Assembly: GCA_005882765.1 (NCBI GenBank)
Contig: VBDV01000111.1
Span: 49,545 to 113,544 of the forward strand
Reading direction: 5' to 3'
DNA: 64,000 nucleotides
Source: Chloroflexota bacterium
GTDB taxonomy: Bacteria > Chloroflexota > Limnocylindria > P2-11E
Made by a program: the position numbers and the translations under genes. The notes under the pieces are model-generated. The model ran no database searches. It was not told the origin of the DNA and was given only the letters and a program-made list of their open reading frames with translations. This document shows, piece after piece, positions 28,914 through 38,700 of this stretch (position 1 is the stretch's first letter; every line of letters begins with the position of its first letter).

Positions 28914-30052
28914 ATGAGCGCGCGCCGCACGGCACGTGCGCGCGCGACGCGGGATTCGGGCCGGCTCATCGATCGCGAGGCCTCGAGCAGCAACGCACAC
29001 ACCCCCGCCACATGCGGCGTGGCCATCGACGTTCCGCTCATCCGCACGTAACGGGATGCGACGGTGCAACGATCAGCATCCAGCGCCTGCGCACGCGCGC
29101 TGGCCACGCCGACGCCGTAGTGACAGGCGGCGGTCGGGGTCGTTCCGCCACCGACCGCGACGATGTCGGGCTTGTGCGCGCGCAAACCGGAAACCGGGCC
29201 GCGCGAGCTGTAATCCGTGACTCGGCGACGTTTGTCGATTGCGCCGACGGTGATCGCGCCCGCCGCGCAGCCCGGCGATCCGATGGTGCCTGCCGCCGGG
29301 CCAGAGTTGCCGGCGGCGACGCAGACGAGGATGCCGCCCCCGGTCAACGCGTCGACCTCGCGCGATAGTGGATCGCGCGGATCACCCGGGCCGCCGAGCG
29401 AAAGGTTGATGACGTCGACCTTCTGGCGGCTCAGCCACGAAAGCGCAGCGAGCACGGTGTCCTCGGTTCCGCCGTGGAGCGAGAGCGCCTTCGCGATCAC
29501 AAGCGACGCCCGCGGCGCGACGCCGCGATAGACCGGCCCCGCGCCGGCGACGATCCCCGCGACATGGGTTCCGTGGCCGACGTCGTCGACGGTCCCGGTC
29601 TCGGTGAAATCGCGATACGAGACGATGCGCTCGCTGAAGTCGGGATGGCGATCCGCACCGGTGTCGACGATCCCGACGCGGATGCCGCCACCCTCGACGC
29701 CGCTCCTCCACACCGGCTGGACCGCAAGTAGGGGCACGCTCTCGTTCAGGAGCGCGTAGACCGGCTTCGGCGGCCGCGCGACGAAGCCTGCCGCCTCGAG
29801 CTCACGCCGGAGCGTTGCCTGACGATCCTCCGGGACGTCGAGCACCACGATCCCGGCGCGACGGTGTGTCTGCCGGACGACCGCGTCGTTCCTGCGCAGG
29901 ACAGCCTCCGGTATCCCGGACTCGAGCGACACCTCTTGAGCGCGAGCCGGATCCTCGAGAGGCAACACCGACAGGCTGACTGGCCGGGCAGGCTCGACGA
30001 TCAGGCGTGTTCGCGTCCCGGCCGGAATCCCTGGATCGGTTGCCGCGAGCAT
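28751..30052 (-). CDS. S8 family (subtilisin-like) serine peptidase
   Basis: Catalytic triad motifs VGIVDTG, HGTHVAG and GTSMATPHVAG. Confidence 0.85.
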   Translation of the reverse strand: MLAATDPGIPAGTRTRLIVEPARPVSLSVLPLEDPARAQEVSLESGIPEAVLRRNDAVVRQTHRRAGIVVLDVPEDRQATLRRELEAAGFVARPPKPVYALLNESVPLLAVQPVWRSGVEGGGIRVGIVDTGADRHPDFSERIVSYRDFTETGTVDDVGHGTHVAGIVAGAGPVYRGVAPRASLVIAKALSLHGGTEDTVLAALSWLSRQKVDVINLSLGGPGDPRDPLSREVDALTGGGILVCVAAGNSGPAAGTIGSPGCAAGAITVGAIDKRRRVTDYSSRGPVSGLRAHKPDIVAVGGGTTPTAACHYGVGVASARAQALDADRCTVASRYVRMSGTSMATPHVAGVCALLLEASRSMSRPESRVARARAVRRALIQSADDLGLAPDVAGAGVVDAAKALTALGSTRSAAVPTMSSSSPAMARRGTEPK

Positions 30053-30088
30053 GTCAATCGCATATTGACACGGCTGTCAAGACCGACA

Positions 30089-30268
30089 ATGCCGGAGGTG
30101 CCCATAGATCGTCAGCTGCTCGAGCTCCTGGCCTGCCCCGATGAACACCATGCTCCATTGCGTGAGGTGGGGGACTTCCTGGTCTGCACGCAATGCCGCC
30201 GTCGCTTCCCGGTCAAGGACGGAATTCCAGTGATGCTCCTAGACGAGGCGCTGCCGCCCGCCGACTGA
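30089..30268 (+). CDS. Trm112-family small zinc-ribbon protein
   Basis: 59 aa. LLELLACP...C..C...FPV.DGIP is the Trm112/DUF343 pattern. Confidence 0.65.
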   Translation: MPEVPIDRQLLELLACPDEHHAPLREVGDFLVCTQCRRRFPVKDGIPVMLLDEALPPAD

Positions 30269-30389
30269 GCGCCTACGTATCGCAAAACTCGTAGCGCAGC
30301 GGGTCCTGTCCCGGGGTCGGGGTCGCGCGCTCGCCTACCGGTCCGCTTCCCACCACTTGGGACCGCGCGCCTGCGACGCGGCCGGTCAG

Positions 30390-30440
30390 CGGCTCGCGCG
30401 CAACCCGCTCCCCCGTGCCACCCGCTGCGCCTAACGGGTG
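30390..30440. repeat. partial copy of the intergenic repeat family (ACCCGCTCCCCCGTGCCACCCGC motif)
   Basis: Shares a 23-nt motif with 62414-62436 and, in reverse complement, with 3573-3590. Confidence 0.35.
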
Positions 30441-30443
30441 CGG

Positions 30444-31511
30444 CTAGCGCAGACGCTCGCGCGGGACGACGATGCGCACCGTCGTTCCCTCCCCGGGTTT
30501 GCTTTGCACTTTGCACAGCCCTCCCAGAAAGGCCACTCGCTCTCGCATCCCAAGAAGTCCGAAGTGTCCTGGGCGCACGCCTGCTTCGCCCCACTGTTCT
30601 GTCTCGAAACCATGTCCGTCATCGCCTACGTCTATCTCGAGGGTCTCTTCATTTTTCAGCAGAGCCAACCGCACTTCGTGCGCCGCGGCGTGCTTCTTCA
30701 CGTTGTTCAGGGCTTCAACGGCCACGCGATAGAGCGTCGACTCCGCCTCTCGCGAGAGGGGACCGGGATCGTCGAGCGCTTCCTCGAGCGTCCAGCCGGC
30801 CTCGTCGGCCATCTCGCGTGCCGCAGCCGACAGCGCGGCCACCAGACCAAGGTCGTCGAGGGTGGCTGGTCGGACAGTTCCGAGGATCTCGCGCGTCTCG
30901 CGGATCGCGCGGCGGAGCAGCTCGGTCGCCTTTCCGACCTGGACGTTCTCCACGCCGGCGCTCTGGAGCTGTGCGTGGGCGGACACGAGGATCGGAGCGA
31001 GTCCGTCGTGCAGATCGCGCGCAAGGCGGCGCCGATTTTCTTCCTCTTGTGAGAGAAGCTGTCCGGTGAAGTGCTGAAGGTCTCCGTACAGCTCCATGCG
31101 TTCGATGGCGAACGCCGCCTGGTCGCCGAGGATGCGGAGAAAGGCGATCGCATCGTTGCCGGGGTGGCTCTGGCGGTTGACATTGAGGACGCCCTGCGTT
31201 TTTGCGGCGACGAGCAGCGGTATGCAGATCGCAAAGGGAACATCCTTTGTGTAGGGCGTTCCAAGCTCTGTCGACGCCGCACCTTCGATGATCAGCGGCT
31301 CGCGTCGTTCGAGCGCCTGCCACGAGATGGACGGCCCGACCGCGACACGCGTTCCGACGAGACGCCCGGGACGCGACGCGCGGACGATGAGCGCATCGCC
31401 CGCGGCGTCGACGGTCATGAGGGATGCCGACTCATAGGTGACCGCCTCGTGAGCCGCCTCGAGTACGAGGTCAAACAGCTCGTCGGGACTCGCGGCGTTC
31501 CCGATGCGCAC
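30444..31511 (-). CDS. cytoplasmic sensor histidine kinase (GAF + HisKA_3 + HATPase)
   Basis: GAF domain, then the LHDGLAP H-box and C-terminal N/G boxes. No TM. Confidence 0.85.
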   Translation of the reverse strand: MRIGNAASPDELFDLVLEAAHEAVTYESASLMTVDAAGDALIVRASRPGRLVGTRVAVGPSISWQALERREPLIIEGAASTELGTPYTKDVPFAICIPLLVAAKTQGVLNVNRQSHPGNDAIAFLRILGDQAAFAIERMELYGDLQHFTGQLLSQEEENRRRLARDLHDGLAPILVSAHAQLQSAGVENVQVGKATELLRRAIRETREILGTVRPATLDDLGLVAALSAAAREMADEAGWTLEEALDDPGPLSREAESTLYRVAVEALNNVKKHAAAHEVRLALLKNEETLEIDVGDDGHGFETEQWGEAGVRPGHFGLLGMRERVAFLGGLCKVQSKPGEGTTVRIVVPRERLR

Positions 31512-31549
31512 TGTCGCGCGCTCGAGCGAGCGGAGCAGCGTGGAGGGGG

Positions 31550-32203
31550 TCAGGTCGCTGTCGACGACTCGACGAGGCCGTTGCGCACCGCGTAGATCGC
31601 AGCCTGCGTGCGATCCGAGACGTTCAGCTTTTCGAGGATCGCCGCGACGTGACTCTTCACAGTCTCCGGCGATAGAACGAGCTTGTCCGCGATCTCGCGG
31701 TTGCTGAGGCCTTCGGCGACGAGTGCAAGGATCTCGCGTTCGCGCTTGGTGAGGCTGCGCGCCGCGGGCGAGGTCGTGGAGCCGGGCTTCATCTCGGAGA
31801 GCATTCCCTTGAGCATCTGCGATTCGATGAAGGCGCCGCCTGTCGCCACCTGGCGGATCGCGTCGATGAGGTCGTCCTTCGAAACGTCTTTAAGAAGGTA
31901 TCCCGCAGCGCCGGCCCGCACGGCCTCGCGCAGGTATGCCGGGTTGTCGTGCATCGTCACCATGATGACCGCGGTCCGCGACCGCTCTTCCTTGATACGC
32001 CGCGTCGCCTCGAGTCCATCCATGTCGGGCATGCGCACGTCCATAAGCACGACATCGGGCAGCTCCTTGCGAGCCGTCTCGATCGCCTCGCGCCCGGTCT
32101 TGGCCTCGCCCACGACGGTGAGGTCTTCGGCCTTGGCGAGCATGGACGCGACACCCTGCCGCACGAGCTCGTGGTCGTCGACGAGAAGCACACGGATCGT
32201 CAT
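31550..32203 (-). CDS. NarL/LuxR family response regulator
   Basis: VLLVDDH...VLMDVRMPDMDG receiver and an LTKREREIL...SPETVKSH HTH. Confidence 0.9.
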   Translation of the reverse strand: MTIRVLLVDDHELVRQGVASMLAKAEDLTVVGEAKTGREAIETARKELPDVVLMDVRMPDMDGLEATRRIKEERSRTAVIMVTMHDNPAYLREAVRAGAAGYLLKDVSKDDLIDAIRQVATGGAFIESQMLKGMLSEMKPGSTTSPAARSLTKREREILALVAEGLSNREIADKLVLSPETVKSHVAAILEKLNVSDRTQAAIYAVRNGLVESSTAT

Positions 32204-32224
32204 CGCCGTGATTCTAGGGGTCGA

Positions 32225-32686
32225 TCAGACGACGGCGGTCCAGATGAGATAGAGAAGCAGGCCCGCGAGCACAAGGAGGAGCACGCCGATCCCCCACAGA
32301 GCCAACGTGCCAGCCTCGGTCTGCACCGATCCTGTCAACAAGCGTTCTACAGCACGCACCAGGTCGTCCGACGGCGCGTCCTTTGCGACCCATCCCTGCG
32401 GCTTGTCGACAGACCGCTCCGCCGCGGCCGCCTCGGCCGCTCCGCCAGCGAGTATCAATGAGGAGACGCCAAGCTCGGCACGCCCATCCCGGCGAAGGAC
32501 CAGAGCATCGACCAGAGCGAGGTCTGCCGGCCAACTTCGGGCGAGGCTCACAGCCTCAGTGAGCTTGGCGGCGCGGCGAACCTCGTAGCGCCGTTCGAGC
32601 CGCAGGATCGTCTCGATCCCCGCTCCGACGCTCGGATGTGAGACGACCAGGAGGACCCTCGGTCGGTTGATGGCCGGACGATACAC
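32225..32686 (-). CDS. tail-anchored pseudo-receiver protein (degenerate REC domain + C-terminal TM helix)
   Basis: VLLVVSHP replaces the DD acidic pocket. LALVD, S and K positions are kept. C-terminal LALWGIGVLLLVLAGLLLYLIW is a TM helix. It has a paralog at 56593..57105. Confidence 0.6.
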   Translation of the reverse strand: MYRPAINRPRVLLVVSHPSVGAGIETILRLERRYEVRRAAKLTEAVSLARSWPADLALVDALVLRRDGRAELGVSSLILAGGAAEAAAAERSVDKPQGWVAKDAPSDDLVRAVERLLTGSVQTEAGTLALWGIGVLLLVLAGLLLYLIWTAVV

Positions 32687-32774
32687 CGTTGTTCGGTTCC
32701 GCTACATCGGGCATACGCCGTTCCTCCCCCTCCTGTCTGATGCCTTGTAACAGCCAAAAACCGACTCTTTCCTC

Positions 32775-35700
32775 GTGCCAAAGCGAATCCTCATCGCGGA
32801 CGACCATCTCGCGGTACGCGAGGGCCTCCGCTCGCTCATCGATCCCGACCCTGACTTCAAAGTCGTGGGCGAGGCGTCGGACGGGAACGAGGCCGCCCGC
32901 AAGGCGCTTGAGCTCCGCCCGGACCTGATCGTCCTCGACAACTCGATGCCGGGCATGACCGGTCTCGAGGTCGCGCGGATGCTCCGCGACAACCTCCCGC
33001 AGACCAAGATCGTCTTCCTCACGCTCGACCCCGGCATCCGCGACCTTGCCCTCGCGACAGGCGCGGCTGCGCACGTCTCAAAGGACCAGCCCCCGCAGGA
33101 AATCATGCGGGTGGTCCGTGCCGCGGTCGGCATAACGACCCCGAAGGCTCAAGCCACCCAGCCATCGAGCGCGCAGGCCAAGCTCGCGGAGCTTCTCATC
33201 TCGGAGAAGCTCCTCACCTCGCGCCAGATCCAGGACCTCGACCGCTTGCGCACCGGGCGGCAAACCCTTTCGAACGCGATCCTGCGCTCGGGCCTCGTCG
33301 ACGAGGAGTCGTTCGCGAACGCGGTCGCTCGTGTGAGCGGCCATCCGGTCACCTCGCTTCGCGTCGCGCCCGAGGCAGCGGTCATCCGTCAGCTGCCGCG
33401 TCGCTTCTGCGAGCTTCGCGCCGTTGCGCTCGTTGAGTTCGGACGCACGAGCGCGACCCTCGCCATGGCCGACCCGCTCGATGAAGCGGCGGAGCGCGAA
33501 GCCAAGGACATGCTCGGCGAGATTGGCCTCACGGTCGTCACCGCGACGCTCACCGAAGTTCGTGATGCGATCCACCGCGCGCATGCGCCTGCTCTCGTGC
33601 CGCTTGTCGCGGTACCGACGCTTCCGCAGAAGCGGACACGACGTCGGCTCGCGCTCGTCGCTGTGCTCGCTGCGGCGCTCCTGTTGATCGCGACCAGCAC
33701 GGGGGTTCTCTTGAACCAGACCACCGTCGTCGCGGCGCGGGCGAATCTCACGATCTTCCAGGGCACGGTCGACGTCCGACACGGATCTGCGAATTTTGTC
33801 GCGGCCTCGACGAACGACCTCGTCGAGCAGGGCGACACGATTCGCACCGCCTCGGGCGGGCACGCCGCGCTCACCTTCTTCGACCGGTCACTCATAGTCC
33901 TCGAGCCCGACACGCAGGTCGTTCTCGAAACGCTCCGCACGGTTGCGGGCGGGCGCGACATTGACCTCGTCCTCCGTCAGGTGACTGGCAAGACGTGGCA
34001 CGTCGTCGCGCACAGCATCGGCGATGGCGGGCGCTACGAGGTGCTCACCCCGACGTCGACGAACACCGTCCAGGGCACCGCGTTCCAGGTGCGCATCGAC
34101 ACGGTAGGTCGGACTGTCGTCAGCACCACCGACGGCACGGTGCGGACGTTCGGCACCGACACCGCGGTTCCGCCGGTCCTCGTCGCCGCAGGTATGCAGA
34201 GCACGGTCTCGCAGACCGGGCCGTCCGCAGCCTCGCCGATCACCGACCCGACGCTGACCTTCACGTTCGAGGACGCGACTCAGGCTTTCGTCGTGAACGC
34301 GGCCGGGCAAGCTGCCGGAACGAAGGAAGGAGCGACTCTTCGCTACATCCCCGGGTCCGAGATCGCGCAGGACAACGGCCGCGTCGTCGTGACGATCCCG
34401 GGTTCGGACGCGGGACGATTCAGCTCGATCGTTGCACCGAAGGGCGATGTCGCGCAGGTACGCATCGCGACCGTGCTGAATCAGGGCGGAAACGCAACCA
34501 CCGTCACCGAGACAAGGCCGGTCGAAAACGGCGCTGCTAAGGGCGGCGTCACCGTCACCGGCACAACGATCGTGATGCTGAGCGACTCGGCAGCTAAGGC
34601 CGCGACTGCACCGATCGTCGCCAGCGCGCCGCCGTCTCCGACTCCTTTCAACCCGCTCACCCTCATCTCGCAGGGTCCGCAGGGCAATCTCGGACCTGCC
34701 GGTCCGGTTGGTCTGAATGGCGAGCCGGGCGCGCAGGGTCCTCCCGGCCCGGCGGGTCCGACCGGCGCGACCGGCGCTCCCGGCACAGCGGGAGCTCGCG
34801 GCGTTGCCGGATCTGCGGGCGCGGCCGGGGCTGCGGGCGCCGACGGCGTTGCCGGTGCGAACGGAGCTCCTGGCTCTCAGGGTGCGGCAGGCGCTGCGGG
34901 TCCCGCGGGCCTCGCTGGGGCGGCTGGTCCTGCGGGCGCGACCGGTCCAAGTGGTGCTGTTGGCGCGACCGGAGCGACCGGCCCGACCGGGGCGAATGGG
35001 TTGGACGGCGCCACAGGTGCGTCGGGTGCCAATGGACTCGACGGGGCAACCGGTGCGACCGGTGTTACCGGTGCGACCGGTAACAATGGTGTTGACGGGG
35101 CTACTGGCGCGACGGGTGCCACCGGACTCGATGGTGCCACCGGTGCTGTCGGTGCGACTGGCGCGATCGGCGCAGTCGGGCCGACCGGTCCACAAGGTCC
35201 GACGGGTGCGACGGGTGCGACGGGCGCGGCCGGTAACAATGGTGTTGACGGCGCGACCGGCGCGACTGGCGCGACCGGTGCAACGGGCGCGGTTGGCGCG
35301 ACCGGTGCGCAGGGCCTGACGGGAGTTACCGGTGCAACGGGTGCCACCGGTAACAATGGTGTTGACGGGGCGACCGGAACAACCGGTGCGACCGGAGCGA
35401 CTGGATCTGTCGGCGCGATTGGACCAACTGGTCCCCAAGGCCCAACCGGAGCAACTGGTGCGACTGGCCCCACCGGGGCAGCCGGCGCTAACGGAACAAA
35501 CGGCGCGACGGGGGCGACCGGTGCAACTGGTGCAGCAGGCGCCAACGGAGCCAACGGGGCGACCGGTGCAACAGGCGCAACCGGCGCGGCCGGCGCAAAC
35601 GGAACAAATGGTGCGACTGGTGCGATTGGTGCGACTGGCGCCACCGGGGCAGCCGGCGCCAACGGCGCAAACGGCGCGACGGGCGCGACCGGTGCAACCG

Positions 35701-38700
35701 GAGCTGCCGGTGCAGCCGGTGCCGTTGGACCAACAGGTCCTCAGGGTCCGACCGGCGCAACGGGCGCGACCGGTGCAGCAGGCGCGAACGGCACAAACGG
35801 CGCGACGGGCGCGACAGGTGCAACTGGCGCTGCTGGTGCCGTCGGCGCGGTAGGGCCGACGGGTCCGCAAGGTCCCACCGGCGCGACCGGAGCTCCGGGC
35901 GCAAACGGTAGCAACGGCGCCACCGGTGCTACGGGCGCAACCGGTGCGACCGGTGCAGCTGGCGCGAATGGGACGAACGGCGCTACCGGCGCCACCGGTG
36001 CGACAGGCGCCGCAGGCGCAAACGGATCTAACGGTGCGACCGGCGCAATCGGCGCCACCGGCGCAACTGGTGCGGCGGGCACGAACGGCGCCACAGGGGC
36101 TACTGGTGCGACGGGTGCTACCGGTGCCGCCGGCGCAAACGGATCGAATGGTGCGACCGGCGCCACGGGTGCAACTGGTGCCGCCGGAGCAGCTGGCGCT
36201 GTCGGTCCGACAGGTCCGCAGGGTCCGACCGGCGCGACGGGCGCGACTGGAGCGACCGGTGCTGCGGGTGCCAACGGATCTAACGGTGCCACCGGTGCGA
36301 CGGGCGCCACCGGCGCGACCGGTGCCGCCGGTGCGAATGGCTCGAACGGCGCAACGGGCGCCACCGGTGCAACTGGTGCAGCAGGGGCGAATGGTTCGAA
36401 CGGCGCGACCGGTGCGACGGGGGCAACCGGAGCTGCCGGTGCAGCCGGTGCCGTTGGACCAACAGGTCCTCAGGGTCCGACCGGCGCGACTGGCGCTACC
36501 GGCGCGACGGGTGCGCCTGGGGCGAACGGGACGAACGGCGCCACGGGTGCAACTGGTGCAACGGGTGCGACAGGCGCCGCAGGCACAAACGGATCGAACG
36601 GCGCGACCGGTGCCACTGGTGCGACCGGCGCAACTGGCACCGCGGGGGCGGCGGGTGCCGTTGGCCCAACTGGTCCTCAGGGTCCGACCGGTGCAACTGG
36701 GGCGACTGGCGCGACTGGTGCCGCAGGTGCAAACGGATCCAACGGTGCGACGGGTGCGACGGGCGCAACCGGTGCAACTGGCGCCGCTGGCGCGAACGGG
36801 ACGAACGGCGCGACCGGTGCGACTGGCGCCGCCGGCGCAAACGGATCGAACGGTGCGACCGGCGCCACGGGCGCAACCGGTGCCGCCGGAGCAGCTGGTG
36901 CTGTCGGTCCGACCGGTCCGCAGGGTCCGACCGGCGCGACGGGCGCGACTGGAGCGACCGGTGCCGCGGGTGCGAACGGATCTAACGGCGCGACCGGTGC
37001 GACAGGCGCAACTGGTGCCGCCGGAGCCGCAGGCGCTGTCGGTCCGACAGGTCCTCAGGGTCCGACCGGTGCGACGGGCGCGACCGGTGCGACGGGTGCT
37101 GCAGGATCGAACGGCGCCGTCGGTGCGACGGGCGCGACCGGTGCGACGGGTGCGGCGGGCTCAAACGGCGCCGTCGGTGCGACCGGCGCGACCGGTGCGA
37201 CGGGTGCTGCAGGATCGAACGGCGCCGTCGGCGCGACGGGCGCAACTGGCGCGACGGGTGCTGCAGGATCGAACGGCGCCGTCGGCGCTACGGGCGCAAC
37301 TGGCGCGACGGGTGCTGCAGGATCGAACGGCGCCGTCGGCGCGACAGGGGCTACTGGCGCGACCGGTGCCGCGGGCGCCAATGGATCGAACGGCGCGACG
37401 GGCGCCACCGGCGCGACTGGTGCTGCTGGCGCCGCTGGTGCGGTCGGCCCAACAGGTCCTCAGGGTCCGACTGGAGCGACCGGCGCAACTGGTGCAACTG
37501 GTGCGGCTGGCGCAAACGGGTCAAACGGTGCGACTGGTGCAACGGGAGCCACCGGCGCAGCAGGTGCCGCCGGTGCGGCCGGAGCGGTCGGCCCCACCGG
37601 TCCTCAGGGTCCAACGGGTGCAACCGGGGCCACGGGCGCGGCCGGCGCAAACGGATCGAACGGTGCCACGGGCGCAACTGGCGCGACCGGCGCTGCAGGT
37701 GCCGCAGGCGCTGTTGGTCCAACAGGTCCTCAGGGTCCGACCGGTGCGACAGGCGCGACCGGTGCAACGGGTGCTGCCGGAGCGAACGGAGCGGTCGGCG
37801 CGACTGGTGCAACAGGTGCTACCGGTGCGACAGGCGCAGCGGGCTCAAACGGGGCGGTCGGCGCCACCGGCGCGACGGGTGCGACGGGTGCAGCAGGATC
37901 GAATGGAGCCGTCGGTGCAACAGGTGCTACCGGCGCGACAGGTGCGGCGGGCTCAAACGGCGCGGTCGGCGCCACCGGCGCGACCGGCGCAACTGGTGCG
38001 ACCGGTGCAACTGGTGCAACTGGTGTGACGGGTGCGACGGGTGCTGGGCTGAGTGATGTTCAGCAGGACGGCGTCTCGAAGGGCACGCAGAACACGCTGA
38101 ACTTCACGAATGGCTTTACTGTCACGAACACCGGCTCGAAGATCCAGATCGACGGATCCGGTTTCGTCCACACGACGGGCACCGAGTCAATTGCCGGCGA
38201 CAAGACGCTGAGCGGTAACACGACGTTCACAGGCACGACGACCGTGAACAACGCGACCACGACCGGAACGGCCTCTTCGATCAGCACCGGCAACGGCCTC
38301 ACCACCGGTCAAGCGCTCAACGTGAGCACCGGCAGCTCGACATTCACGAACGGGAACACCCAAGACAACACCAACGCGACGCGAGGTTTCTTCTACGGCG
38401 GCGCGTCGAACTCGTACGCAGGCGCAAACACGTTCTCGAGCACCGGCAACTTCACCGGAACCCTCGTCGCGCTCACCGCGGACCAGACCACCGCCGGAAC
38501 GGTCCTCGGCATCAGCGCGCAGAACCTCACCACTGGCAAGGCCCTCGACGTCTCGCTCGGCACCCTCTACTCAGGACAGACCGATACGGTCGGCGGATAC
38601 ACGATCGGCGCGGTCAACGTGCGCGCGCAGTCCTTCACCGGGAACGTCTTCAACGTCTCGGCGTCCGGTGCCGCCTCCTCGACGGGCAACCTCGCAAACC

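Noticed and set aside
27359-29368. 669-aa + ORF and 237-aa minus ORF 27819..28532
   Set aside because: Alternative frames over the membrane protein and S8 peptidase genes with Arg/Gly-rich composition.
33888-38028. Multiple long ORFs (660 aa, 700 aa, 261 aa and others) on both strands across the collagen tract. Could this be a CRISPR array?
   Set aside because: These are alternative-frame readings of the GGN-GCN-ACN repeat (poly-Arg/Pro/Ala). The periodic repeat is coding G-X-X with no spacer/repeat structure, so it is not CRISPR.
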